64,000 bases of DNA from Azolla caroliniana (Eukaryota; Plantae; Polypodiophyta), in NCBI GenBank assembly GCA_043228905.1, contig JBHGNT010000006.1:11718001-11782000 (forward strand), given 5' to 3'. Numbering within the stretch: position 1 is the first letter of the stretch; each line of letters opens with the position of its first letter. Shown here piece after piece: positions 37,291-51,223 of this stretch. Under the pieces are notes generated by a model that saw only the letters and a program-made list of their open reading frames with translations, made no database searches and was not told the DNA's origin. Made by a program: the position numbers and the translations under genes.

Positions 37291-39632
37291 ACATTGTGTT
37301 ATAATTGAAACTAACTCTAATAATAATAAAAACTAACAGTTTAGCTATTTAAAGGTAGTACTATTTAAAAATAAATGTGACTAACAATCACATTTCAAGA
37401 TGTATTTAAAGGCTGAAAACACCACAAGTTTCAATGCAAGTACATCTAAGCAGATATTACAAGTTCATAGTTTAATTCCAATATCCATTTTGTACCTTCT
37501 TACCTCTATGTTCATCTCCTTCAATGTTATAATTGGTACACTATCGATTAAATTTGAGCAACACATCATTGCTATGCAACAATTCAACCCCCACCAACCC
37601 CATTGTACTATGAATGGGGATTTAGTTGGTGGCACTACAAGCGAGCGCATCATGGCACTCAAAGTCTCTCAATAAGGAGTAGATCAAGGCAAAAGAGTAT
37701 GCCCTTGGGCAACAATACAACACTCTAAACGTTGTTGAGTTGGATCAAGCAAAATATGAATGCTAAAGACCAAGTCATTGATGACATAACAACTCCATGC
37801 AGCCAACCATTGCACCACATTACAACAAAGAAAGTCATCATTGACTTATGTTGATAAAGATGTCATGGATGCTTGGTATTGATGGCTCAAGCATGTTGTA
37901 GAAAAGGTGGTGTAGTTTTTAATTTAGACAAGGTAACAAAAATTTGGCTCAAGATCAAAACCAACTACACTATGCTTTCCATGGTGACCCTCAGAAAAAA
38001 CTTGGAAGATGCTTAGAGGGATGGGCAATACTTGCATGAAGCTAGATGCCAAGCTATTATCAAAGGCTACATTGGAAGACGTAGTAGAACCATTTTCCCC
38101 ATGTATCAAATTGGTCTCCGAGAGTGTAATACAGATGTCGATAGTGTGTCTCATGGTACTACGTCAACCTCAATTGCTTGATCTCTCCCCCAATTGTAAT
38201 TTCTAAGGCTTAGGTGACGTTGATGGCTTGATAGAGGTTCATTTGTGGCATAGGCATTGTCCCATAGTGTGTGCGAACACCCCGATCACCCATTCAACTG
38301 TTGTGAAATAAGTCAGTTTATGTAATTAACCACCAAAGAATATGGAGGGTCCTACTATGTACTAGCAAGAATGTTGGGCACAAAGATTGTAATTGACTTC
38401 CTAAAGAATGTCAATCTCACAATGGGATAACATATTCAATGATCTAAGATGAGTTAAAAGGGCAAGAGAATATTGAATATAGTATGATTAGGCAGTGGAT
38501 GAAGAAGGCATAATCTCACCCCATCCCCACATCCTCACGATGGGCTAGGCATGATCTCAAAACAATTCTCCCCTAGACACTAAAATCATTTACATATGTC
38601 AATTTCTCAATTTTAAAGGCGAGAAAAATAGTTATAGAAATAAGAGATTGTAACAAGATTAGGAGAGGAAGGATGTATAAGCAACTCTAATGCTATCAAT
38701 GTTGACCATGAATATAAAATTCTTCATGAATAACTCTATTATGTCTACTCGTAACTCTCCCTCTCCCTTTAGTCTTTAGTGTCACAACCATTAACTTTGT
38801 GGTAGTATATTTAAATAAGTCATGTGTTTTAGTATCTTATATGAGTGCATTTTAGTTAGATTTAATGGCGAATGTAGTAAAAAGAGCTAGCCTTTTATCA
38901 CTTAACACCATGCCTTGATATGTACTTCGTCGCATTTTATTGACTCGTAAAGCCATTACCTACATGGACCTACACTTAGAAGATAAGACAGACCAATCCT
39001 TATTGTAAGAATCTAAATTAACTTTAAGCAAAATTAAGAAGAAAGGGTGTTAGATCACCCAATCACCCCCCTAACGATGGTGAGAGAAAGATCAATGTCC
39101 CCCATACCATCAAGTTCAAACATGGATGATATGTTGGGTTTGAAGAAGGAGGAGGCACACAAGTATGCCACTATAACTTTGCCACAAGGTTAGAGCCTCT
39201 ATCAGAATAACAAAGATCAACCCTTTCATGAAGTTATGTAGCCATCTTATATATAGGCTCAATCCCGAGGCCCTTTTTTGTTTCACGCTTGATTGCTTTA
39301 GTGTTAGTGGCCAAGTGATGAAAACACTATAAAGTTATCTTCCACTTTAGGATCGAGAGTAACTCAACCCTTACCTTTGGCTCCTTAAGAATCAGCCCAC
39401 AACTAACCCCTGAAGTTAGAGAACTATGCTTACAATTATACGATCATAACACTTATGCTTAACCTTTATTTCTCAAGTCAAACCAACCACTTTTTCATAG
39501 CACGACTACAATTTGGCCGTCTTAACCTCCATTAACCTTAACAAGTAGCTGAAAGTGGAGTATCGACCACAACCAACCTCAAACACACTTATTTGGTATG
39601 TGCCTTTGTCCTGGACACAACCATATGTACTT

Positions 39633-39680
39633 TGGTATAGTGGCCAGCCATAGTTAGGTCATGGGATCGAATCCGGCCCC
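39633..39680 (+). other. tRNA/SINE-like remnant upstream of NiR
   Basis: A-box TGGTATAGTGG (39633-39643) and B-box-like GGATCGAATCC (39664-39674), with shortened spacing. Confidence 0.35.
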
Positions 39681-39865
39681 AACCAATTCATTTTGTTACT
39701 TCCTTCTTTCCTTTCTTCTTTTGTTCACACACACACAGGCTCGCACGCTGCGAGCCGTGGCGCAGGAGGCAGGCAGGCTCCCACCCTACCCTGCCCTGCC
39801 CCCTGCCCCCTCCCCTTTTCCTTTTTCTTCTTCTTCTTCTTCTTCTTCTTCTTCTTTGGGGTGAG

Positions 39866-39888
39866 TGACCCTTCGCGACTCCGAAGGC
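39866..39888 (+). promoter_or_regulatory. Candidate nitrate-responsive element (NLP binding site)
   Basis: TGACCCTT-cgcgactccg-AAGGC matches the angiosperm NIR consensus tGACcCTT-N10-AAG(AG), about 130 bp upstream of the NiR ATG. Confidence 0.7.
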
Positions 39889-39996
39889 CCACTTCCTTCC
39901 CTTTTATCTGATGTCGATCTTCAGTGGCTTCCGGAAAATATCCTCTCAACCATTCACAGCAAAACTAATTACATTGATTTCCCCACTCAATCCACC

Positions 39997-42900
39997 ATGG
40001 CTATGGCTGCTGCTGCTTCTGCTTCTGCCCATTCCTCCTCCGTGTGTACCTATGGTCCTTGTTATTCTTACCGTATGAAGAATGAGCTCAACCGACGCTC
40101 CGTCAGTGCTTCTGCTCATGGTTACTCCGCTAATTCCCCGGAGCTAGCAAGAATAAATCCTGTTGCTGGTATTAAGAACCCACTGTTGACGCCGCTTGTG
40201 GAAGAGAAAGATGGTTTCTGGGTCCTCAAACCAGAGAATCACGTGGGCATTAATCCTGCTGAGAAAGTAATATTCAGTTCCCTTTTTTTTCTTTTGTTTG
40301 AACGGTAATGATTTGAGCTGGATTTCATTCTGAGAAAATGCCAAAATGATTATTTCTTTCAAATATACAATTATAATATGATTTTAGATCAAGCTAGAGA
40401 AGGATCCAATGAAGTGGTACATGGAAGGGGGAGTGAAGGAACTTGCACAGAAAACGATGGAAGAAATCGATGGATCGAAAGAGATGAAAGAAGACATCGA
40501 TTCTCGTCTCAAGTGGCTTGGATTGTTCCACAGGAGAAAGCATCAATGTAAGGGGCGAAAGTTTTCTAGTTTCAAAATTTTGAACCTTAGTTCGATTACA
40601 ATCAATATTAATTCGCATCAATGTAAGAGGCAAATGTTTTCAAATTTCAATCGTGTGAACCGTAGTCTTACTAAAATCAATATTGAATTAAATAGCGGTT
40701 AATCACTTAAAAATAGAGGTTAACCACAACCACCTAATCGCCTAATGAAGTGATAGAGATTAATTACGATTAACGAATTAATTCAACGAATGGATTTCAT
40801 ATATTCATTGGTATGAACTTAAGAGGACATGAAGCTAATCATGGAAAGGGTAAACATCTCTATTTTGATCAAATTAGATGGGAGGTTCATGATGCGGCTG
40901 AAGCTGCCCAATGGCGTGTCCACGAGTGAGCAAACACGATATCTGGCGAGCATTGTGGAGCGCTATGGCATTGAGGGATGTGCCGATATCACAACCCGCC
41001 AGAATTGGCAGATCCGTGGTGTCATGTTGGCGGATGCACCCGAGATTTTCCAAGGCCTTGAGCGAGTTGGACTTAGTTGCCTCCAGAGTGGCATGGACAA
41101 TGTCCGAAACGCAGTCGGGAACCCTCTTGCCGGCATCGATCCCCATGAAATCATCGACACCCGGCCTTTCAACGAATCTCTCAACAACTTCATCACAAAT
41201 TACGGTCGTGGAAACCCCTCCATCACCAATCTGTGAGTTTCTCTCTCTCGACCATCTATGTTCTCTCTTCACATGGCATTATGGCAGCTCCGTACTTGTT
41301 TGATTAAAGCATCATATATGCTTAAATCCATACTTTTTTAAGTCTGTGCCCATCTTGAATAATGACACATATCTTGGCATGCCTATATAGTTGGCACGTG
41401 TATGTGCTCTATGTTTAGCCAGCCTTTGAAATATGGCACAGCCATTCTTCTGTAGAATAGAGGATCTCCCCATCTCCTCCCTCACGAGATTGTCATTTAT
41501 AGGGAAGCATGTGGGATTGGAAGTCGCCCTACTTTGGCCCATCACAAAGTATAGGCCTCCAGAAGTGCATTCCAGAAGTGCATCATCTGTCGTTTCTATG
41601 TAATTTCTTGGGAAGAAAAGCTATTGTATAATGCATGGGACATTAGGCTTTGAAATGTATGTGCTGTAACTCCTTGGATCACTTACCTTGGTCAATCAGT
41701 TTGGCAACCTCTCAGAAACCAAAAGACATGCCTTGGGTCTACATATCACATGATAGGTCCAAAAACCTTGGCTAGATGTGCACAACATTTTATATACAAT
41801 GTTTGGATATCTTGATAAGCTTCACTAATAATTCATGTCCACTTATTTTGACCTTATGTTATCCTTATTTCATGTTCCTTCATATTTCCACCTTTGTAGA
41901 CTATTCTTTCATATTTGTACAAAAGTAATAGATAAAGAACCCTACCGTTCACCATTTTATTTCGCTGACTTTTCAAAGTATGTAAGAAAGAGTAATACTA
42001 GTCCACATATTAGAAACTGCCATTAGGATGCCTTAATAAATATGGGAAACTGCCATTAGGATGTCTTAATAAATATGGGTGCCAGACATGATTAGCTCAT
42101 GGGAGCATGACAAATTTGTCAATTCAATTGGACCCTGTCTTCCACTTAGTAATTCTATTGGCTTGCCAACCAAAGTGATGATCAATGATTTGTATTTCCT
42201 TTGAGATTTTCAGTTTGTAAAAGCTATCTCTTAGAAGGAAGCAAGAATCATTTTAACTGCAAACGTTAGAGTTATTTTAACACCAGCGTTTCATTGTTGA
42301 TTACAAAAAAAGCTTCACAAAAAGATGATTCATCAAAATAATACTCGTAGAGATGTTTCCCCCACAATCATATGACAGATTCATGAATTGAATGTTCATC
42401 TAGGTCACAGCTAGAAGCTCACTATTTCATTGTTCATCTAGGTCACATTTAGAAGCTCACTGTTTCCTTCATCAGGAATTGAATACTCATCTAGCTCACA
42501 ATTGGAAGCTTGCTATTTCATTCATAATGGAGTCAAATATAGAAGTTGCATGACCAACGTCCTAATCTTAGTATAAAAGTAAGAAAAACTATTGTATCCA
42601 GAATCTCACTAATTCCGAGTCAAATATAATATTTGATATTCGTGCAAAACAACCAACATCATCAAAAGTTTCAGTGAGTATAAGAACAATATCGTACCAA
42701 TAAATAGACAGTATCAATAAGAATGTGAATCCAAATCTAAACATAGAGGTGTCTTAATTGCAGCATTACTATGATTTTTGCTTCTGTAGATTTTAGAAAA
42801 GCTTTGAAGCTTTGCAAAGATTTTAGGTTTTTTTATTTTACCTTAATGCAAGGTTTCCAAGTCTAAACATAGAGGTCTCTTATTTGCAACATTATTATGA

Positions 42901-44057
42901 TTTTTGTGCCTTTAGATTTTCGAAAAGCTTTGCAAAGATTTTAGGCTTTTTTATTTTACCTTAATGCAAGGTTTCTTATGTGATTGTGTTTGAAGCTGTT
43001 TTGAGAATGAATTCTGGCAAAAATTGCATGCAGGCCGCGGAAGTGGAATGTGTGTGTGGTGGGTTCACATGACCTCTACGAGCACCCACACATTAATGAC
43101 TTGGCCTACATGCCCGCCCAACACAATGATGGTCGCGGAGGCTTCAACCTTCTTGTAGGTGGCTTTTTCAGCCCAAAAAGAGTGGCTGAGGCGATACCGC
43201 TCGATGTGTGGGTGTCATATGATGATGTTGTGCCCATATGTCGAGCCATCCTCGAGACGTATCGAGACCTGGGTGCTCGTGGGAATCGACAGAAAACACG
43301 AATGATGTGGCTTATAGATGAACTTGGAATCGAAGTTTTCCGATCTGAGGTAGCTGCTCGTATGAAACCTGAGCATTACCTTGACAGAGCATCTGCATGT
43401 GAACTTGTGGACCCCACATGGCAGCGTCGCAACTACTTGGGCATCCATCCCCAAAAGCAATCAGGGCTTCATTACGTCGGCCTTCATGTCCCCGTTGGGC
43501 GCCTTCAATCAACGGACATGTTCGAGATTGCAAGGCTTGCGGATCAATATTCCCTCAGCAAGCACGTTCGACTCACTGTGGAACAAAACCTCATATTGCC
43601 AGACATTCCCACAGAAAGGCTCTCTCGGCTTCTCGAAGAAGAATTGCTGAAGAAATTCTCGCCGTTCCCAACCTCCCTTGTGGCTGGCCTTGTGGCATGC
43701 ACCGGTAGCCAATTCTGTGGACAAGCCATCATTGAGACTAAAGCCCGAGCCCAAAAAGTGACGGAAGAGCTCGAGAAAACTATGCTCGTTCCTGTGCCTG
43801 TCCGCATGCATTGGACCGGGTGCCCTAACTCGTGTGCACAAGTTCAAGTGGCAGACATTGGATTCATGGGATGCATGACTAGGGACAAAGACAAGAAGCT
43901 TGTTGAAGGTGTTGACATCTTCTTGGGTGGTCGTGTCGGATCTGATTCACACCTCGGGGAACGTGTTTGTGCAGGTGTGCCTTGCTCTGATGTTGTGCCG
44001 GTAGTCCAGCAAATTCTTATTGAACATTTTGGTGCTCAAAGGAAGCCTATTTTGTGA
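39997..44057 (+). CDS. NiR: Ferredoxin-nitrite reductase, chloroplast precursor (4 exons, 602 aa)
   Basis: Exons 39997-40266, 40388-40547, 40878-41232, 43034-44057 (1809 nt, GT-AG). Ala/Ser-rich transit peptide. FMMRLKLPNG, ADITTRQNWQ, LPRKWN motifs; siroheme/4Fe-4S ligands CTGSQFC and GCPNSC. Confidence 0.96.
42735..42975. repeat. ~125-bp tandem duplication in NiR intron 3
   Basis: TCTAAACATAGAGGT...TTTTACCTTAATGCAAGGTTTC occurs twice. Confidence 0.75.
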
Positions 44058-44224
44058 TAACTGTGTTGAGTTTTTCGGCTCACGCTGAAAGCCTTGCACA
44101 CAAAAGCCAAAGGGGGTCGAAACATGACGAAGGAACCTACAATTACACCTGAATTCTACCATATGTGAAAGCCTGCTATATACCAGGAAATTCCTATTTC
44201 TCTGGTCGGAAATATGAAGTTATT

Positions 44225-44655
44225 ATCACTATGATTTGCTGATCGACTCATTTTTCCTACATGTGTACATAGTTTCCACATAGATTTCAGCCAATGTCTT
44301 GACATGAGTTTGAGCTACGAGCAATATTTTATCCACGATACAATTACCATTATGATTTGTTGATAAGACTCATTTTCCCTATACGTCAACATAGTTTCCT
44401 CATGGATTTCAGCTACAAGAGCAATAGTTTATCCACAACACAATTAGGAACACCTTGTAAAGTTTTCCTCATATGTATTTCAGCCAATGGTTCAACATCA
44501 ATTTGAACTACGAACAATATTTTATCCACAACTGCTGATTTGCTAATAGACTCATTTTCTCTTCGTGAACATAGTTTCCATATGGATTTCAGCTACAGGA
44601 GTGATAGTTTATCCAGAGTACAATTAGGAACGCCTTGTAAATATTTCCTCATAAT
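44225..44655. repeat. Imperfect tandem repeats downstream of NiR
   Basis: GATTTG(C/T)T...GACTCATTTT...CATAGTTTCC...GATTTCAGC recurs about 3-4 times. Confidence 0.7.
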
Positions 44656-46934
44656 AATGTATTTTCCCTCTAAATATCAAGTGAAAATTCAGCCCAAATG
44701 ACGTGAGAGTTCTTTAGTCTAGAAACAATATCATGAAGTGAAATGGCATCATGAGTGCTTGAAGCAACATTTAACTTATCGAGATTTAGTGGTACATGTC
44801 CCAATCCTTTGCCCTTTAATGACATTGGCATTGGTACAAAACCGAAATGATGCACAAGTTTGAAAGATGCTTGAGAAGTTAGAAAGGCATTTTTCTGTTG
44901 TTCACACTGCTTTTTATATTCTAAAATTGTGTACTAACTTAGATTTGTAAGAGAGAGGAAATGTTTATTCAGATAGTTAATAACACGATCGCATGAATGT
45001 TAAGAATAATTGAAGAACAATCTTACTCATATCTCCAACTATAGAGTAAAGATTTTTAGTCCCATATCATGGTCTCAACATGGAAGAAAAATTCAAGCCA
45101 AATTTGATGTTAGCTCGATGTAACACCTAAAAGCTACACATCTAATTGACATCATTGCTAAGGATCAAGATTGGTGAAGCTATCAATGAGCTTTTCATAA
45201 GCTCTTGCGGCTAGTGATATTACTTATGGACATAAAAATAGCAGGCATGAAAGAAAGAGAATGTTGAGGGTGCTCAATTCACATATTGAGTACCAAAATA
45301 AGGAGGGATTTAAGATACATTTGTTAAATTTGTTTTGTTTATTTGTTTGTCAAAATTTTAAAATTAATTAACCATGAAGAACAACAATAGGAATTTAAAG
45401 CTCCTTAGGATAATATAAATATCTAGAGGCATTGGCAGAGGCCAAAAGTCAAGACATTGTCCCTCACATTTAAGACTCACTTGGTAATGTTAGTTAGAGC
45501 TCATGACACAAGTGGACAAAACTTTAACCGACAAACACAAGTATAGACCATTTTGAAGACCTTGGACGTTGGTTACAAATGGAGACAGAAGTGTAGCACT
45601 AGGGAAAGGGGTACATGAATAAGGACAAGGAAAAATGAATAGAAATAATTGTGGCATAAGGTTGAAAATATTTGTTGAAAGCATATCCTCATTAATATAA
45701 TTGGCTCTTTCAATATGACCATTAAATACAGAATGAACCGAGGAACTTATTCTTGAAGTAGTTTGCAACCTTTTAAAGACTGAAGTTTGGGAGTCATAAG
45801 TAAACACTAGAATCTCTATCAGTTACTATTTCTATTAGTAACTGTAAAAATAATAATAAGTCAAGGAATTGGTAAGCCAATGTATGAGTAGTTATTGTGG
45901 TGTTAATTAGCATAAATTAGATTAATTTTTTTAGAGAGTCATGATCTCTTTATATTCAAGGTAATAAAATCCATAGATACCTTTCCCCCGTGTATTAATA
46001 ACAATTATGAAGCAACAACACAAATCACTAATGGGGAGAAAGAACAACTTCACAAACATTCCACATTACCTCTTAATGTATGAAATTGAACAACTCTAAA
46101 AGAAGTGTGGGCATCAAACAATTAAATTGTAGGAAATGAAGACGATGTTGATTCTCTCACAATTTATGGCACCACTACCTCCACTATGGTGAACCAGAAG
46201 ATCTCTCTTCATACACCTTGCATGATCTTGGAGCTACCTAAGAAAACTATGCCCAATCTTGGCTCCCTTAAACATGTTGTTTTAAAGAAGTATCCTCAAT
46301 ACAAGGGCATAAAAATTTCATCTACATCTCTCTTTTATTTTTCGAGAGTCACAATGATCACACAAAATCTTGATTAGCGAGATTTGTTAAATTCATATGT
46401 CCAACAATTTTGGTGATGGCTATATCAATGAGCAAACTTGAGCTTGTTGGCAAAACATTTCTTCATATATCTATTCATGTCAAGGGGAGATTCTCTTTAC
46501 TTAGCTCCATATAGTTTGTTTGGGTTTGTTAGGAAATATGGGATTAGTCATACCAAACTAGTAAACTCCAAATCCCCTTCAAGGCTCTAAATTGTTCAGC
46601 CACCATTCAAGAGGCAAACCACACTTGTCTACTTAACTATCAACAAGAGGTTGTCGTCACATACATTGGCATGTCATCGAGAGAATCTTATCCATGAGAA
46701 ACAAGCATGAACTCAATCGTAACACCCCAAAATCACAAATCCAAAGACAAAGATGATGATGTACCTTCCCATGGACAAAACCTCACCTCCATGTTCTCCT
46801 CAACACTTACATTCCCATATGCCCATCATCATTTAACCAACAAAACCATCCTCATTTACTCATATTGCATGCTCATCCCACACTTTGTTGTCATTAAAAC
46901 AACGACAATGAAAGGAAGGCATTCTCCACAAAGC

Positions 46935-48040
46935 CATTTGTTGTCTTTTCTTGATCTTCTAGGTGCATTCGAATTTGATTGCAGCCACTAAATCCATGCA
47001 AGAAGCTATATATCTCGTGACCGACTACCGCGTCAAGTACTCCATTTGTGAAAGGTAATAGAAAATTATCTGTTACTATTGCCACATTTAATTTTATGTA
47101 ATCGACACAAACCCTAATTTTCCCATTCTTCTTGGGAACTACGAGTATTGGGCTGAGCCAAGTGGCTTTCTTGATTGGTTGAATGAAGCCGACCCATAGC
47201 AGTTTGTCAATTTCCTCTTTCACTTTTACCTCATAATTAGGATTCAGTCTGTAATGTCGTTGATGTACCGGTTTTGCATCTTTATGCAGGTTGATCTAAT
47301 GTTGACAAAATGCAGGATCCAGTTCCTTCATATCTTCGAATGACCATGCAAAACACATCTCTATATTGGCATAGTAATTTCGCGAGCTTGATCTTTTCGG
47401 CCGATTGCATTTTCCTGGCTATTAACACTGTTTTCGGCTCGCTATCATTTTTTGCTAGATTCAATTCCTCTGGTGTAGAAGCCTATACTCTTTGTGATAC
47501 TTGCATCTCCTTTTCCATGGCTTCTTGTTGTTGCCATAACTCCATTAAAGTTTTTTCGTCGACCGGAACGCCAACATCTTTTTCATCATTACTCATAAAT
47601 GGGGTGATGATCTCAATTACGTCAATCTCAAATAAGGGAATGATCTTTGGATTTTCTAGAAAGTACTGATTCACTTCCTCGTCATCTAGTCCTTCAATCA
47701 TATTGACGTGTTCAGCATATAAAGGCACAAATTTTCGAGTTGTCATTACTTTCTCTTGAGTTGACACTCAGATTTTTGTTTTACCTTTCCGGAATGTAAG
47801 AAGATTCTTCTGCCAATTTTGTTTGATATTGGTTGTGCGAAGCCATGGTCGTCCCAACACCAGGGGGTAAGCACCTGGTGCATCTAAATGTAAGACGATT
47901 GCCGAAACTTGGAATGTATGTCCACAAATGACAATATCCAGTTGTCGAATTAACCCTAGTGATCAGACAATGCTCGTATCCACCATTCATAACCCGAATG
48001 GACATACCTCCCATTTTGTGATGCCCAATCGATCACAGGT
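46935..48040 (-). mobile_element. Gypsy protease-RT fragment (non-chromovirus), truncated
   Basis: YPLVLGRPWL protease end and KATWLSPILVVPKKNGKIRVCVDY RT start; no LTRs seen. Confidence 0.8.
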
Positions 48041-51000
48041 GGTTTTTGTTGAGAATCGAACTCAAATTTCACAATTAAATGGTTTCACACTAGCCAGAGA
48101 CATACTAGGCTAGTTTTGTAAATAGTAAAAAGGGCAATTGCCGTAGACTAGTTGGTATTTAAACCAACCCTTTGTAACTTAGTTTATGTTGGATGTAATT
48201 CTATTTTTTCACTAATATCCAAAGGGGAAGTTATTGTCTTTGGTGACATGAATGCTCGTACAAGAAGTTTCCAACTTGATTCACAAGAATCTTTCATGCC
48301 ACATATCTCAAGGATGCAAGAGGATATGCAAATGTATAACCGCTCTTCTAGCGATGAAAAAGATCCGGACCAATTTGGGAACTTACTCCTACAAATGTGC
48401 AATAGTACCAGATTGCTTATTGCAAATGGTATTTCCTTATGGCCCAACACTAATGGTTTTACATGTAGAAAACACAACGGAAATAGTGTGATTGACTATG
48501 TGCTACTTTCCGAAGGTATTTTGGATCGTATACATAAATTCTCACTTGGTGAATGGACATCGGAATCCGATCATAGACCTTTATGTATTGATCTGAAATG
48601 TATGCATAGGTTTGATTGTGAGAAGGCTATTGAAGATAATAAACAACCGCACTTGAGCATGAACCTTAAGTGAGCACCCATGTATTCCAAGATGGTTGAG
48701 GATATGTTACAAATGACAAAGATACAACATGGTGCCACACTAGAATGCAGATGGGAAGCTTTCAAGAAAGTCATTCTCTCATGTACAAACAAATGTTTTT
48801 CGACCAACCGCACATCTTGGAAGTGCACCAAGAAACTTAGGAAAAAATGGTTTGATAAAGAATGTCGTGAAGCTCTAAAGTGCCTTATGGTTTTGGATGT
48901 AGTTAAGGATAAAGAGAATTACCAAAAGCATTTGCATGAGTATAAAAGGCTTATTCAAAGAAAGAGAAGAATATGGGAAGTTACTCAACAATTTATCCAA
49001 ACGCAAGAGAAAGCACATGCATGTGCTAAATTTTGGGGAAATCTAAAGGGAAAACGTGTTGAGAGTTATGGTGACTTAACTCTTCATGACTTGTCTATGC
49101 ATTGTAAGAATTTATATGAGTTATCTCTTGCCGGAAAGATGATGTGTTATGGTTCTCTTTCACATATGCCTCCCTTCTTTACAATTGAAGATATATGCAT
49201 AGGACTTAAGAAATTGGCCTCTCGAAAGGCAAGCGATCTTCAATGTATAAAGGCTGAAATGCTCAAATGGACGGGAAAGGAAGCACATATATGGATAAGC
49301 GATATGTTTAATGATGCATTGCAACATGGTATGCCGTACGATTGGACTACAAATTGGATCAAACCTTTACATAAAGGTGGAGATATAAATAATGTAAACA
49401 ACTATCGAACCATCATGGTTGGCTCATTTATGGCAAAACTATTTGGATGTATAATGGAATCAAAGATAAGTGTATGGGCTGAAAAAAGTGGTAAGAGAGC
49501 TTATGGACAAGCTGGCTTTCGGAAACACCATAGCACCATTGATCACCTTATCACCCTTCGAGTATTAATGGAGGAACGTTGCCTTAGAGGTAAAGGTTTA
49601 TATTGTTGCTTTGTAGACTTCAAGAAAGCTTTTGATATGGTACCTCGTGAGCATCTTTGGAGGCGAATGGAAGAACTTGTGGTGCCAAGTGAATATATGC
49701 TTGCAATTTCCCGAATTTATGAGAAGGTTATATGTTGTGTGCGCATGAGAGATAAACTTTCAGATTTTTTCAAAAGCACTATTGGTGTTAAGCAAGGATG
49801 CCCAATCTCACCAACACTATTTGGTCTATGCATTGATGAATTGGAAGAAATGGTTACCAAGTTTGCAAAGGAAGAATGTGTTGAAGAAGTTGCCATTGGG
49901 AATGTTGTAATTATGCTTTTGCTATATGCAGATGATGTAGTGCTTTTTGCAAATACTTTAGGAGATGCACAAAAGCTTATGAAGGCATTGGAAATTTTTT
50001 GCATGCATACTAAATTAAGTGTCAATAGCTCTAAAACAAAGATTATGCTTGTGAAGAGCCAAAAAAGAGATAAACCATGCATTATGTACAACAATGAGCC
50101 ACTTGAATGTGTGGAAAGCGTCAAATATCTTGGCCTTGAAGTTCCTTCAAATCATAGATGGAATGAATGTGCTACACACCGCTTAGAGGCGGGCAAGCGA
50201 GCATACTATGCATTTGAGAACACATGCAATCTTGGAGATATTAAGTGTTGGGTCCTCAAGAAATATCTTTTCGACACTTTGGTGACACCGGTTCTTCTCT
50301 ATGGGGTGGAAGTATGGGGCGGTAGTATCCCTAAATCTATGTGGAAAGAGTTTGAAAATGTCCAAAAGCATTTTCTTACCAAGTTTCTACAAGTTAAGAA
50401 ACAAACGCCCTACACCCTCCTCCTTGAGACGGGATTGCTTCCCATTGAGATCATGGCCATGGAAAGGGTTGTTGAATACATGTTTAAGGTTCAAAAAAGC
50501 CCCTCACATCGACTTCCTAGAATTGCGTGGGAAGCAAGCAAAAAGATCCAAAAGACGCATAAAAGCAAAATTTTGTGTTCCGGTTGGATGCAAGATATAG
50601 AAAAATGGTTTGGTAGATGGGATGCGAGACACTTGCTTCATGATGCATCATTAGATTCCTCTGTAAATGAGGCATTTTTGCAACGCCAATGTATCATGAC
50701 ATGGGACAAATGTGGAGGCTCATGCTTCGCACATTATACTACACACGTTGCACCTAACTACAAAACCATATTCTTTGCGGAACGGGGAAATCGTACACAT
50801 CCATACATGTTAGAGCCCATACCGTTATCTGCCATTCGAACCATTGCTTCCATGCGACTTAACTCACATGCATTGCGATGTGAAACAGGGCGTTGGGGTA
50901 CAAGTGATGAGAGTGGTCGGCTATGCACACTTTGCCCTAAACAAGTTTGCGAGTCTGAGTATCACACTTTGATACAATGCTCTGCCTTTGATCATATTCG

Positions 51001-51223
51001 ACCATGCTTTCCACATCTCTTCGATCAAGCCCAATCTTTGCATGAATTCCTCTCACAACCACAATGTGCACTCTCGATTGCAACATTCATTAGTAAAGTT
51101 CTTGAACATCGAGAGTCACTACTCACTTTCACACGTATCACGTGAAATGTAATATTTTTGGTCTCATAGGTCATATTTGACCTTCGAAGACGATAATATA
51201 ATCTATTTATCTATCTATCTATC
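48041..51223 (+). mobile_element. 5'-truncated LINE (APE-RT, RTEX/CR1-like C-terminus) with (CTAT)n tail
   Basis: APE motifs GDMNAR, SVIDY, SDHRP; RT GFR, FVDFKKAFD, GVKQGCP, LLYADD; tail ATCTATTTATCTATCTATCTATCT. 5' boundary approximate. Confidence 0.88.
48152..51145 (+). pseudogene. LINE ORF2 (endonuclease plus reverse transcriptase) with one in-frame TGA at 48671-48673
   Basis: ORFs 48152-48673 and 48680-51145 are in the same frame; C-terminal LRCETGRW...CTLC...EYHTLIQC. Confidence 0.88.

Noticed and set aside
37500-38480. Coding-like decayed sequence in the MDH-NiR intergenic region
   Set aside because: No recognisable motif in any frame by eye; needs a translated search.
39865-39996. 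N-terminal extension of NiR from the upstream GTG
   Set aside because: Non-ATG start; the ATG at 39997 has strong context (ACCATGG) and begins a typical transit peptide.
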